Both the position numbers and the translations under genes were made by a program. The notes beneath the pieces were generated by a model, which made no database searches, was not told the DNA's origin, and saw only the letters and a list, made by a program, of their open reading frames with translations. 64,000 bases of DNA from Spirochaetia bacterium. GTDB lineage: Bacteria; Spirochaetota; Spirochaetia; UBA9216. This document shows, piece after piece, positions 1 to 9,435 of the stretch (the first letter of the stretch is position 1; each line of letters starts with the position of its first letter). Where the stretch lies: contig OZ223265.1 of NCBI GenBank assembly GCA_965140585.1, positions 288,001 through 352,000 of the forward strand, given 5' to 3'.

Positions 1-146
1 TTTTGCCCAGTGGCCTTTGCGATCGTCGATTTACCGGAACCGGAAAGCCCGGTAAACCACAGAAGTGTTCCCTGATGTCTGTTCTTTTCAGTTCTTTCAG
101 CTTTGCTGACAGCCGGAAGTTCCGGAAAAATATTGATTCCGCTCAT
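1..146 (-). CDS. cysC: adenylyl-sulfate (APS) kinase, N-terminal part (runs off window)
   Basis: Manual translation from ATG at 146: [56 protein letters not shown] is the APS kinase P-loop signature. Not in the ORF track. Confidence 0.85.
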   Translation of the reverse strand, partial: MSGINIFPELPAVSKAERTEKNRHQGTLLWFTGLSGSGKSTIAKATGQ

Positions 147-406
147 ACTGGATAATCATTTTACAGGATTATTCGGCAGAAATTTAAAAAATGGAAATTA
201 TTAACCTATTTTTCACAATCGCTGAACCCCTTAGCCTTTATATCAGTCTTGAAATAATCATCTATATAGATCCTGAGTTATGTTACATTTCTGCTTTTCG
301 ACTTTGCCTTTTCCGCAACCTTTGTTACTTTTTCAAGCCCAAGCACTTCCCTTTTCAGCAGGCTGGTATTTTTAAGAAAAATATAAACTTCGGACATTTT
401 TAGAAA

Positions 407-1555
407 TTAACCGTATATTTTTTTTATTAAACAGAAATCGCTTTCTATTCTTTCCTTGGAAAAACCGGCAAAGCTGAAATCAATATTTGTATGCTTTTTA
501 CTGTGCTTTTCTTCACGTTTTCGGGCAAGGATTTCAATGTAGGAAGGATCCGGATTAAGATCAGCATATCTGAAAATTTCAGTTATTACTTTGTCCGGTT
601 CTGATCTGAGATCATTGAATTTAACAGTCAACAGCTGGCCATCAGGAATTTCATTCTTGATCTTCTCAAAATAGAAATACAGCTTCAGTGAAAATACATA
701 TTTGTTATTCAGATATTTCACCATTTCCTTTTTATTCAGCCTATTTTTTACAAAATTGTAATGAAGTGAGAAAAAGGAAGGAATAGTCTCAGATGGATCT
801 CTGTATATGTAGACAAACCTGGCATCAGGAAAATGTTTGAGAATCTGTTTGATCCGCAGGACCGAAGGATTTGACTTCAGAAGTGAACGTTTTTTGCCTT
901 GTGAAACAAGCTGACGTTTGATGTAGTCTTTGAGAAATAAAATATCTACCTCTTCATTCCTCTCATCGTTCCAGCCAGCCCTTATTCCGGGTTCGCTGTT
1001 ATAGTCATCAGTAATCATCCAGGGACAAAACACTGTTATCATCTCAGAGTTCAGCGTATGAAGAAAAAGGCCTTCATCTTCCTCAATATCATAAAGAGCC
1101 ATTTTGTGTCCCTTTTCTTCGGACTTCAGGAGGTTCATCCTGTTGAAAATGCCTGCAATGGGCGTAAATAATTTCATCATGATGAGTGAGGGAAAAAGCA
1201 GGGTCCTAAAGGTACTAAACGATACAGTATCTGAACCGGCAATAAGTTGCTGAAGATATGTTGTACCACTTCGATGATGGCCGAGTACGATGATAGGTTT
1301 TTCAACTTTAATAGTGTTGATCTGGGGGTAGAACAGAGGATCAAATCTAAACAGTAGACGCATAAAACCATGAAACGGTAGAAATACAATCAGGTAAAAA
1401 AAAGTCTCAATTATTTTCCCCCTTTTCAGATGGGCTGTGAGAAAGTCTCTAAACCTGAATAAAAGGATTCGTAAATAGCTATTTTTAATATCTCCCATTA
1501 AAAAATAATAGAATAAAAAAACCGGTGCAGCAACAAACCACTGAGTAATTAACAT
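407..1555 (-). CDS. PAPS-dependent sulfotransferase family protein
   Basis: PIIVLGHHRSGTTYL (5'-PSB loop), LLKSNP and FPDARFVYIYRDP (3'-PB motif); hydrophobic N-terminus; start uncertain. Confidence 0.85.
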   Translation of the reverse strand: MLITQWFVAAPVFLFYYFLMGDIKNSYLRILLFRFRDFLTAHLKRGKIIETFFYLIVFLPFHGFMRLLFRFDPLFYPQINTIKVEKPIIVLGHHRSGTTYLQQLIAGSDTVSFSTFRTLLFPSLIMMKLFTPIAGIFNRMNLLKSEEKGHKMALYDIEEDEGLFLHTLNSEMITVFCPWMITDDYNSEPGIRAGWNDERNEEVDILFLKDYIKRQLVSQGKKRSLLKSNPSVLRIKQILKHFPDARFVYIYRDPSETIPSFFSLHYNFVKNRLNKKEMVKYLNNKYVFSLKLYFYFEKIKNEIPDGQLLTVKFNDLRSEPDKVITEIFRYADLNPDPSYIEILARKREEKHSKKHTNIDFSFAGFSKERIESDFCLIKKIYG

Positions 1556-1723
1556 TTAACTAACGAATATAGAAAACTTTTAATAATTCATTTGTTCTCC
1601 GGAATAAACAAGAATATTGCCTGGAAGTCCAACTAAATCAACTTTGCAATATATCTTTCAAACTTTTCCTTAACCTCTTCCGTAAAAAGTCAGAAAGCTG
1701 ATTATTTCAAGGCTGCCTGAATA

Positions 1724-1903
1724 TTATTTAATTAAATCGTTCAGGGGTGCGGGAATCCTTCCCATATACAGGGGACCGCATAATACTGCAGAATTATAAT
1801 TACTGAAATCTTTTTTTCTGCCCTGTTGCCTAAACTCAATCCTGTTAAAGTCGCAATCAATATGAAAAAAATCCCGGGACTCGCGGTGGCAGGTATTTAA
1901 CAT
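1724..1903 (-). pseudogene. remnant of a flavodoxin-domain (HemG-like) gene
   Basis: Manual translation contains DFSNYNSAVLCGPLYMGRIPAPLNDLIK*, resembling the flavodoxin_5 'DLSxYDxVVLGxPxYxGxI' segment. Lacks the N-terminal FMN loop and stops early. Confidence 0.45.
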
Positions 1904-2009
1904 CCTTACCTGCTTATTATTCTATAGTTAGTGCGATTCTGCGTACAAAAAATATTAAATTTAAATAAATTTACGGACAGAAACGGGATTTTTGTAATTT
2001 TCCTTGTTA

Positions 2010-2035
2010 TATAATATAACATGCGTTATATTATA
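2010..2035. promoter_or_regulatory. putative TetR operator overlapping the -10 box
   Basis: Perfect 11-bp inverted repeat TATAATATAAC-atgc-GTTATATTATA containing TATAAT, about 30 bp upstream of an operon encoding a TetR regulator. Confidence 0.75.
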
Positions 2036-2066
2036 AGTGTTATACAAATAAAAAAGGAGTCAGGCA

Positions 2067-2525
2067 GTGAGATTATACGTTTTCTTATTAACAATACTCG
2101 TAACTGGACTGATATTGCCTTTTTCTCTTTTTTCAGAATCGGAGGGTGAAAAACTCTTATCGATTAAAGGAACAATACTGCTGAATAAAAATACTGAGGG
2201 AGATCTTCACATACTACTTGTAGACAGGCAGACATTCAAAGTTCCTTTGAAAGGCATTTCAGAGCTCATAATTGCTGTCGCGGAAGAAAATTATACGTAT
2301 GGACCTGTTCAATTTGATTTTAATAATATCCCCCCAGGAATCTATGGTATCAGGTGTTTCATTGATACTGACGGCGATGGAAAACTTAACAGGGGGATGA
2401 CTGGACCGACAGAACCCTGGGGAATGAGTTGGCGGGAAGATATAAATGCAGGATGGCCCAAATCTGAAAACATAGCCTTTGAACTGAATAACAACCTTTC
2501 TGGTATAGAAATTGAAATTAAATAA
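2067..2525 (+). CDS. DUF2141-like exported protein
   Basis: Signal peptide; PPGIYGIRCFIDTDGDGKLN..GPTEPWGMS motif; AGGAG RBS before GTG. Confidence 0.75.
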   Translation: MRLYVFLLTILVTGLILPFSLFSESEGEKLLSIKGTILLNKNTEGDLHILLVDRQTFKVPLKGISELIIAVAEENYTYGPVQFDFNNIPPGIYGIRCFIDTDGDGKLNRGMTGPTEPWGMSWREDINAGWPKSENIAFELNNNLSGIEIEIK

Positions 2526-2539
2526 ACGGAGTTGAAAAA

Positions 2540-3145
2540 TTGCCGCCGAAAGAAAAATACAACAGGAGAATCATCTTGGAGAAAGCCTTTGAACTTGTAA
2601 GGGAAGACGGTTTCGAACAGCTTTCTGCCCGTAATATCGCTAAAAGAATGGGTTGCTCAACTCAGCCTGTTTACAGTTCATTCAATTCAACTGAGGAAAT
2701 TGAAGCGGAACTGATTATCAGAACAAAGGCCTATGCACAGAGTGAAATTCTTTCACATGTGGATAAAGAAAGCAATTTCCTTTCAATAGGAATGGGATAT
2801 TATCTCTTTTCACAGAAAGAACCGGCACTGTTCAGAGGTCTTTTTATAAACGGAGGCTGGAAATGGAATTTCTCAAAGGAAGATCCTTTTTTCTGCCCAA
2901 TACTCGCAAAAATGCGTAAAGACAGTTTCCTTGAAGATCTTGAAGACGATAAACTCGCAGAACTCTTTAGGGACATGTTTATCTACACACATGGACTGGC
3001 GGCGCAGGCGGATCTAAGTGACAAAGTATCACCTGTCGATTATGTCAGGGGTTTATTGAGAAAACTTGGCGGAATACTCATTGTATCCGCAAAGATGAAT
3101 AATTCACTCGATATTGAGAAATTAATGAGGAGATTTCACGGATGA
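2540..3145 (+). CDS. TetR/AcrR family transcriptional regulator
   Basis: N-terminal HTH: AFELVREDGFEQLSARNIAKRMGCSTQPVYS. Confidence 0.9.
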   Translation: MPPKEKYNRRIILEKAFELVREDGFEQLSARNIAKRMGCSTQPVYSSFNSTEEIEAELIIRTKAYAQSEILSHVDKESNFLSIGMGYYLFSQKEPALFRGLFINGGWKWNFSKEDPFFCPILAKMRKDSFLEDLEDDKLAELFRDMFIYTHGLAAQADLSDKVSPVDYVRGLLRKLGGILIVSAKMNNSLDIEKLMRRFHG

Positions 3146-4569
3146 AAAGTATGAAGATTGTAATATTAAACGGCTCACCAAAAGGAATGTTAAGCGTAAC
3201 CATGCAGTATATGAAATATCTTGAATTAAGATATCCGAACCATCAATATGAATATATCAATGCCGCCCAAAGCTTTAAAAAATACGAGCGAAATATTGAT
3301 GCTTTTAATGAGGTCATGGCAAAGATTTCGGAAGCTGATCTTATTCTATGGGCCTACCCCCTTTACTTTCTACTGGTATGTTCCCAGTATAAAAGGTTCA
3401 TCGAACTTGTGTTTGAAAGAAACAGGGCATCAGTTTTTGAAGGTAAATATTCAGCAGCTTTAAGTACATCAATTCACTTTTTTGACAACACCGCACTTAA
3501 TTACATACATGCTGTAAGCGATGATTTGAATATGAAATTCCTTGATGGAATTACTGCAAAGATGGATGATCTTAAAAATCCGGTTTTCCAGAAGGATTTT
3601 GATCTGATTTTTACAGAATGGATCAAGGCAATAGAAAACAGGCAGTCTTATACTAAAAACTTTACACCTGTCAAGTATAGCACAGCCGAATTTATCCCTC
3701 AAATTCAGCCGGCTTTTTTAATGAAGACCGGTAAATTTTCAGAAAATATTCTAAAGGTCAGTATTGTAGGTGATCTTGAGGGTGAAAACAGCAATATTAG
3801 AAAAATGGCAGAACAGGCTGCTTTAGAGTTCGGATTATCGAATATAGAACCTGCGATTATTGATTTGGGAAAACTGAAATTCGGGCCATGTACCGGCTGC
3901 CTTAAATGCGGATTCGATAATATTTGTGAATATGACGGAAAGGATGAATTCATAAACATCCACAGACATACGATACTTGAATCAGACATAATTGTATTTG
4001 CCGGAGAAATCCACGACAGATACCTAAGCGCAAAATGGCAGCGTTACCTTGACCGAAGCTTTAACAAAACCCATAAACTCACTCTTAAAGATAAACAGAT
4101 TGGATTTCTAATCAGCGGACCTCTGTCGCAGAACTATAACATCAGAACAGTTCTGCAGGCTTATGCAGAAGTAAACATGGGAAATATTGCCGGATTTATA
4201 TCCGACGAATCAGGTAACAACGATGAAATAAGCGACACTATTTCCGCCATGACTGAAAAACTTAGAAGCAGGGTTTTAAAGAGTTTTATAAAACCAACAA
4301 GTTTTCTGGGGGTCGGCGGACAGAAGGTTTTCAGGGACGATATTTTCAGTCATCTCCGGTTTGTATTTCAGGCTGATCATAAATTCTTCAAAGAACATGG
4401 ACTTTATGATTTCCCGCAACGGAAACTGAAACAAAGAATGATGACCAGCGCTGCAATTATAGCCACAAAAATTCCTCCGCTGAAACGCAAAATCAGACAG
4501 CAACTGAGACAGGGAATGGTGAGTTCATATAAGGGAGTTCTAAAAAAGGTAGAAGCAAATAAATATTAA
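3142..4569 (+). CDS. two-domain flavodoxin-like NAD(P)H-dependent oxidoreductase / iron-sulfur flavoprotein
   Basis: ILNGSPKG FMN-binding start; second domain with CTGCLKC...C (Isf-type Cys motif). Confidence 0.8.
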   Translation: MKSMKIVILNGSPKGMLSVTMQYMKYLELRYPNHQYEYINAAQSFKKYERNIDAFNEVMAKISEADLILWAYPLYFLLVCSQYKRFIELVFERNRASVFEGKYSAALSTSIHFFDNTALNYIHAVSDDLNMKFLDGITAKMDDLKNPVFQKDFDLIFTEWIKAIENRQSYTKNFTPVKYSTAEFIPQIQPAFLMKTGKFSENILKVSIVGDLEGENSNIRKMAEQAALEFGLSNIEPAIIDLGKLKFGPCTGCLKCGFDNICEYDGKDEFINIHRHTILESDIIVFAGEIHDRYLSAKWQRYLDRSFNKTHKLTLKDKQIGFLISGPLSQNYNIRTVLQAYAEVNMGNIAGFISDESGNNDEISDTISAMTEKLRSRVLKSFIKPTSFLGVGGQKVFRDDIFSHLRFVFQADHKFFKEHGLYDFPQRKLKQRMMTSAAIIATKIPPLKRKIRQQLRQGMVSSYKGVLKKVEANKY

Positions 4570-4830
4570 TTAATTTCTGCGACTGTTTTCAAGTGAGATC
4601 AAAAAGCTGATACAGGAGATGAAGCGTGAGAGTCGCTTTGGAGAGGTGATAGAATTGCCGATGTAGATAGCGATTCATACCTCGGGAATGTTAAAACAAA
4701 CATATTTGAGGCGGATTATATCACCATTATTTACCGCTCAACTGCCTAATAATCTAAATAGCCAGAACACGTGCAGATCTGTAATTCACACGGAGATATA
4801 AATTCAGCAAATATAACCAGCTACATTATT

Positions 4831-5229
4831 TTATTCATCTTTCCATCTGAAAGCAATAATAATAATTATCACTGTAGTTGTAATTTCTACTATACTGAAG
4901 AAAATATAGTGATAAGAATTAGAGTCTGAAAACAAGGAACCTGCCTGTATCAGGGTTAATAAGATTCCCGTAATAATGTTTAATAATTTATTTAATCTAA
5001 ATTTTAAAATTCGTGATAATACTATCATCACCATCGGGATTTCCATTATTATGGCAAATGCTAAGAGAAAACTCTGGGTTATCTTGATTCCTCCGATATT
5101 TCCTGCCAATATCTGTTTTAATTCTTCATGATACATGAGTGTAAAGACATCACAAAAAATATAGTTTATTGTTACAAATACCCAGAGAATTGATAAAAAT
5201 AATTTCACATCGATTTTTTCTGTTTTCAT
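4831..5229 (-). CDS. DUF6326-like small membrane protein
   Basis: LSILWVFVTINYIFCDVF and MEIPMVMIVLS motifs; about 4 TM segments; AGGAG RBS. Confidence 0.7.
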   Translation of the reverse strand: MKTEKIDVKLFLSILWVFVTINYIFCDVFTLMYHEELKQILAGNIGGIKITQSFLLAFAIIMEIPMVMIVLSRILKFRLNKLLNIITGILLTLIQAGSLFSDSNSYHYIFFSIVEITTTVIIIIIAFRWKDE

Positions 5230-5244
5230 GTTTTTTAAACTCCT

Positions 5245-5958
5245 TTATTTATTCCTTGTTACAAGATAAAAAACTGCTGCTATGAGAAACCAGGTAATTG
5301 ACAAGGGAATTATGTAAATCAATTCCCCGATTACTGGAATTAGAAAGACATTTCCGAGGTTTATTGCCCAGTGAAAAAGAACTGCACAAAAAAGAGGGAG
5401 ACCTTTCCTGGTAAGTGAGCCTAAAACATACCGATAGCTTACCATCAGTAAAATAAAAAACAGAAAGAAAACAATGCCGTTCTGATATTGTCCGACGTGC
5501 CAGAGAGCCCATAGTACTCCTCCGATAAAAGCCCTGAGCGGCAGAGAACGCGTATTCTCCAATTCTCTGTCCATAAAACCCTTCCAGCCTATTTCCTCGC
5601 CGATTGCCCCTATCGGCATCCAGATTAGTAATAAAAACGACGGGATGGATACTGGCGTCAGGTTAAGTTCAGATTCAATTAAATTTAAAATGAAGAAAAA
5701 CAGCAATCCCGATACTGCCGGTAGAATAAAAGCTAAAGCAGGCTTTATAAATAATTTTTCTTCACTGTTCCGTATCTGTAATTTCCGGTAAAAAATAAAT
5801 GAGACAATTAACCCCGACAATCCCGGAGCCAGCTGGGGCAGAATAAACATATTACTGCTTATTGACGCCTGCTGCTGTATGCCCCCAAGCAGTATTGTAA
5901 AAACGAAGGTTACAACATAGTAAAGCAGGATTTTCAGGATTATTCTTTCATTACTCAT
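5245..5958 (-). CDS. CPBP (CAAX/Abi) intramembrane metalloprotease
   Basis: GEEIGWKG, LWALWH and HWAIN motifs; start moved to ATG 5958, which has GGAG upstream. Confidence 0.85.
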   Translation of the reverse strand: MSNERIILKILLYYVVTFVFTILLGGIQQQASISSNMFILPQLAPGLSGLIVSFIFYRKLQIRNSEEKLFIKPALAFILPAVSGLLFFFILNLIESELNLTPVSIPSFLLLIWMPIGAIGEEIGWKGFMDRELENTRSLPLRAFIGGVLWALWHVGQYQNGIVFFLFFILLMVSYRYVLGSLTRKGLPLFCAVLFHWAINLGNVFLIPVIGELIYIIPLSITWFLIAAVFYLVTRNK

Positions 5959-6739
5959 TAACATGCTCCAGGAATCACTGAAATAAATAATCCTCATAGT
6001 AGATATCGCTATAAATATAATGTAAACCTTTGTCTGTGATTGTATACTTTACGTTTCCGCCGGCCTTTTTCAGTTTATTAATATAATTCACTTCATCTTC
6101 AAGTTTTATTGATGGGTCATTCCGATCATGAAACGCCCATATTGGAATATTTACAATTTTTTTGGGGTTATTATTCATAACAACCGGATAGCCCCCTCCG
6201 CTGATAGGGGATGCAGCGGCAAAAAGATCAGGGCAATCAGCAGCAAAATCCCATGTACCCATTCCTCCCATACTCACACCTGTCAGATAAATCCGTGATT
6301 CATCAATACTGTAAACTTCTATAATTTCATCTGTAAGCTTTTTCAGTTTTCCTGAAATAATTGACCATCCTGTTGTCTTGGGACAAAGCGGAGAAACAGT
6401 GATAAAAGGAAAATCCTCTTTTGTAGAGGCATAGTGTGCAAGACCCCATCCTTCACCATCAGGATTATTCAATACTTTTTCGATTCCGGTTTCGCGTTCC
6501 TCCAGGCTATGGAGAAAAATGATCAACGGATAATTTGCACCGGGCTCATTGAAGTAATTAGCCGGCAGTGTAATTATATAATTCAGTTTAGACTTCTGAG
6601 AATGTTCAAATTTAATCTCGCTCCCATTTTCCCCAGTCGCAGGATCAGGCAGCTCAATTATATTATTCGGAACACATGAATTTAGAATTGGAATTATTGT
6701 CAGTATCACCATTAATGAAAATTTAGTTTTCTTTTTCAT
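5951..6739 (-). CDS. alpha/beta-hydrolase lipoprotein (predicted peptidase/esterase), with premature TGA at 5975-5977
   Basis: Lipobox LNSC; YPLIIFLH; GVSMGG nucleophile elbow; PIWAFH. The frame continues past the TGA as FLEHVNE* to 5951. Confidence 0.75.
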
Positions 6740-7499
6740 TACGAACCGAATTATTTTTCTTTAATAAATATATTGAAATGATAATCATCATAAGCAGAAT
6801 TCCAAGCCCTCGGAACATTGATAAAGGGCCGTTTAACTTATCGGTACCGAAATTAACAAGGACATCCCATACCGCTCCAACTCCCCAGTAAAAAGGAAAC
6901 ACTATCAGAATGTTGTTTGTTATCCTGAAAACTGAAGCATACATAATTCCAACAAAGAACAATTTAAAAAACTCCGGCTGAAAACCAGCATGGTGAAAAC
7001 TGTAAAATACCGCAGTAAGCAGTATTCCGGGAATAATGCCGAACGATTCTTCAAAAATCTTTCTCAAGAATCCGTATATAAATACCATCTCAAAAATACC
7101 TGACACAAGAATATAAAGAATGGGAAAAATAACTGAGGGCTTTAATAGAATATCACTGCCCATATCGCCGGATTCAAAAAGAAACTGCATAAGCAGAAGT
7201 CCCGCTAAAATAATTCCTGCAATTAAACTGGCGATGGATTTTTCCTTTTTAATACCAAAAAAGGAGACCTTCTCTTTTTTTATTACAAGGATATAATACA
7301 TCGGCAAAGCAAATCCAAGGATTGTCCTTATTAGAAAATCAAGAATTACGAAATTCAGGATGCCAGCCGCGACTGAATCACCGCTATAGAGATACATTGA
7401 ACTGCTTAACAGTATTACTGCAATCCCTGAGATTAAAGCAACTGCAGTGTCTTTAGTGAACTTGAACCTGAAAGTAAACAAAGACCTAATTCTACTCAT
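6723..7499 (-). CDS. CPBP-like intramembrane protease family protein
   Basis: Multi-TM; FEMVFIYGFL and FYSFHH motifs (degenerate CPBP). Confidence 0.65.
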   Translation of the reverse strand: MSRIRSLFTFRFKFTKDTAVALISGIAVILLSSSMYLYSGDSVAAGILNFVILDFLIRTILGFALPMYYILVIKKEKVSFFGIKKEKSIASLIAGIILAGLLLMQFLFESGDMGSDILLKPSVIFPILYILVSGIFEMVFIYGFLRKIFEESFGIIPGILLTAVFYSFHHAGFQPEFFKLFFVGIMYASVFRITNNILIVFPFYWGVGAVWDVLVNFGTDKLNGPLSMFRGLGILLMMIIISIYLLKKNNSVRNEKEN

Positions 7500-7506
7500 A
7501 GCAGTT

Positions 7507-8187
7507 TTACCTCCTGTGTAGAAATACTGATGCTATTTTAATACAGAAAATATACCATGGGATAAGCGAAAGCATTGAGAAAATCAAGCCTATCGTTCCG
7601 AATGTTGAAGGGATGCTCATAAGCAGTGCAGATATTAATCCAAATACAGCTGTACTACGGCTGAAGACAAAACTCTTCAACATCACGATTGTATAGAACA
7701 TAAGAGAAACGGCATTCAAAAAATAGTAAACAGTAAATGCGGTACCCTTCCATTCAAGCATAAGAATATCTGCGGACTGCTTCAATTCTGAAAATTCAAA
7801 AGGGGAAATCGAGGCTGAAACGTTCCTGGTTAGGAAAAACATTTCAACACATTTATTGGAGGAAAAATAAGCAGTAGTTCCTATCAACCCCAACATGAGG
7901 GCTATTAGAATTAAGCTTTTATTATCATTAAACAGCGCTGCAGCAATGGCAAGATAAATTACAGCGAGTATAGCATTATTTACAAGATATAAACCATCCA
8001 GGTGAAGGATCCCCAATAAGGGATTGTCCATAAAAAGATAAATCCAGGCTTCCGTATTCTCCGGCATTGGAAAGAGCACGTATATTATAATTTGTACCGG
8101 GATTATAACAAGCATCAGTACAGTTAAGATTCCGGATAGTTTAAAAAGGAATTTCCATTCAGTGAAAATAGAATTACTATTTTCCAT
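7507..8187 (-). CDS. DUF4386-like membrane protein
   Basis: Multi-TM; NPLLGILHLDGL, WKGTAF and SIPSTFG segments. Confidence 0.55.
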   Translation of the reverse strand: MENSNSIFTEWKFLFKLSGILTVLMLVIIPVQIIIYVLFPMPENTEAWIYLFMDNPLLGILHLDGLYLVNNAILAVIYLAIAAALFNDNKSLILIALMLGLIGTTAYFSSNKCVEMFFLTRNVSASISPFEFSELKQSADILMLEWKGTAFTVYYFLNAVSLMFYTIVMLKSFVFSRSTAVFGLISALLMSIPSTFGTIGLIFSMLSLIPWYIFCIKIASVFLHRR

Positions 8188-8659
8188 TACTGGCAGACTC
8201 CCTGAATAATATTTCAGATTCTTCTTTTACTATCATCATTTCTTTTCTATAAATAGCTATAAAATCTTCTTCATATGGTTTAAACATTTTTGTTCTTATA
8301 TACATGGAATATAATGCTTGAATTTCATTTACCGGTGATGTTTCAAGGATGGAGGTTCCTGTATCACCTTCAAGATCTTTCAGAACTACCTTTCTGTTTT
8401 CATCATATTCAGTGACTGTCCATACTGTAATAAACTCATGCCCCTTAAATGTTCCGGTTGACTTCCAGCTAACACCAAGACCTTCAGTCTCATCGGAAAC
8501 AATCTCCAGTTTGTCATGCAGCATTGGCAGTAATTCATCATAATGCTTATAATCAGTTATTACTGAAAAAACAATTTCTGCAGGCGCATCAATTTCAATT
8601 ACATCATGAAATTCCAAAACCGACATACATCCGGTTAAAATTGACTTTATATTTCTCAT
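8177..8659 (-). CDS. SRPBCC/START-like ligand-binding protein
   Basis: IEIDAPAEIVFSVITD...LLP N-terminal SRPBCC pattern; start uncertain. Confidence 0.7.
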   Translation of the reverse strand: MRNIKSILTGCMSVLEFHDVIEIDAPAEIVFSVITDYKHYDELLPMLHDKLEIVSDETEGLGVSWKSTGTFKGHEFITVWTVTEYDENRKVVLKDLEGDTGTSILETSPVNEIQALYSMYIRTKMFKPYEEDFIAIYRKEMMIVKEESEILFRESASNGK

Positions 8660-8717
8660 GTATAATTATCCTAAACAATACAACACATCTTTTTACCAAG
8701 TATGTGTTATAATTTGG

Positions 8718-9182
8718 TTAAATAAGGGATATAGAAGAGCAAGAGTCAGTATATATGGTTTGGCCGGCTACAAGACCTAATGCAATAGCTTGTCTTACAA
8801 TTTCATCAAATATCTTTTGACAGATATCGGTTTGATTAAACCTTCTTCTTCTGTTCTGACTTAAAGTAGATGCATCGGGAATCTTATCATAGAAGCCGTA
8901 TCCAAGAAACCATCTGTAAGCAAGATTTACCTGGATTTTTTTAACAAGCTGTCTTTCAGTTCTTACCCCGTACAGATATCCTATGAACAAGATTCGAAAC
9001 AGTATTTCAGGATCTATCGTCGGGCGGCCATTATTCTGACAATACAAACCTTTTGCTTGTTCACGAATAAAACTAAAATCTATTGTTGATTGTATTTTCC
9101 TTAACAGGTGGTCTTCTGGTATTAATTCTTCTAGTACTACTGCTTCTATCTCATATTGTTTAGGCTGAACTTCTTTTAACAT
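8718..9182 (-). pseudogene. truncated IS1182-family transposase
   Basis: LEELIPEDHLLRKI, GRPTIDP, YLYGVRTERQL, AYRWFLG and IPDASTLSQNRRRRF (DUF772). Breaks off just after YTDS, so most of the DDE domain is missing. Confidence 0.9.
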
Positions 9183-9266
9183 AAATTCCCCCTATAGGAG
9201 AATTTTATAACAAAAACCCCACCAGGTAAATTCCCTGTGGGTTCTTTCTGACTTTGTCAGCAGTCT
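8740..9266 (-). mobile_element. IS1182-family fragment with left end only
   Basis: Left end AGACTGCTGACAAAGTC at 9266-9250 (IS1182-type terminal repeat) upstream of the transposase; no matching right end seen. Confidence 0.75.
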
Positions 9267-9267
9267 G

Positions 9268-9423
9268 AAGGCAGCACTGCTGCCCCCTTCATATCAATTT
9301 CAATTTCACCGGCAAGAGCGGTTCCAATTTCCGTAATTATATCGCCTTCGACCAGGATATCAGTTACAGTTCCCCAGTTAAGCGCATCGTGGACGGCTGC
9401 ATTTTTAGCAGAATCTTTTTCAT
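9268..9423 (-). pseudogene. N-terminal fragment of an amidohydrolase, cut by IS1182
   Basis: With one frameshift: MKKILLK/AAVHDALNWGTVTDILVEGDIITEIGTALAGEIEIDMKGAAVLP. This is a typical amidohydrolase N-terminus, ending at the IS just before the expected GFIDxHxH. Confidence 0.75.
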
Positions 9424-9435
9424 AGGCACAGAATA

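Noticed and set aside
191-403. 70-aa ORF between cysC and the sulfotransferase
   Set aside because: No RBS or recognisable motif; likely spurious or degraded sequence.
5975-5977. TGA as selenocysteine or a TGA=Trp genetic code
   Set aside because: The context expects Trp, not Cys, and many conserved genes here (mgsA, pfk, alaX) end normally at TGA.
4570-8717. Integron cassette array
   Set aside because: Genes overlap or abut with no room for attC sites, and no integrase is present.
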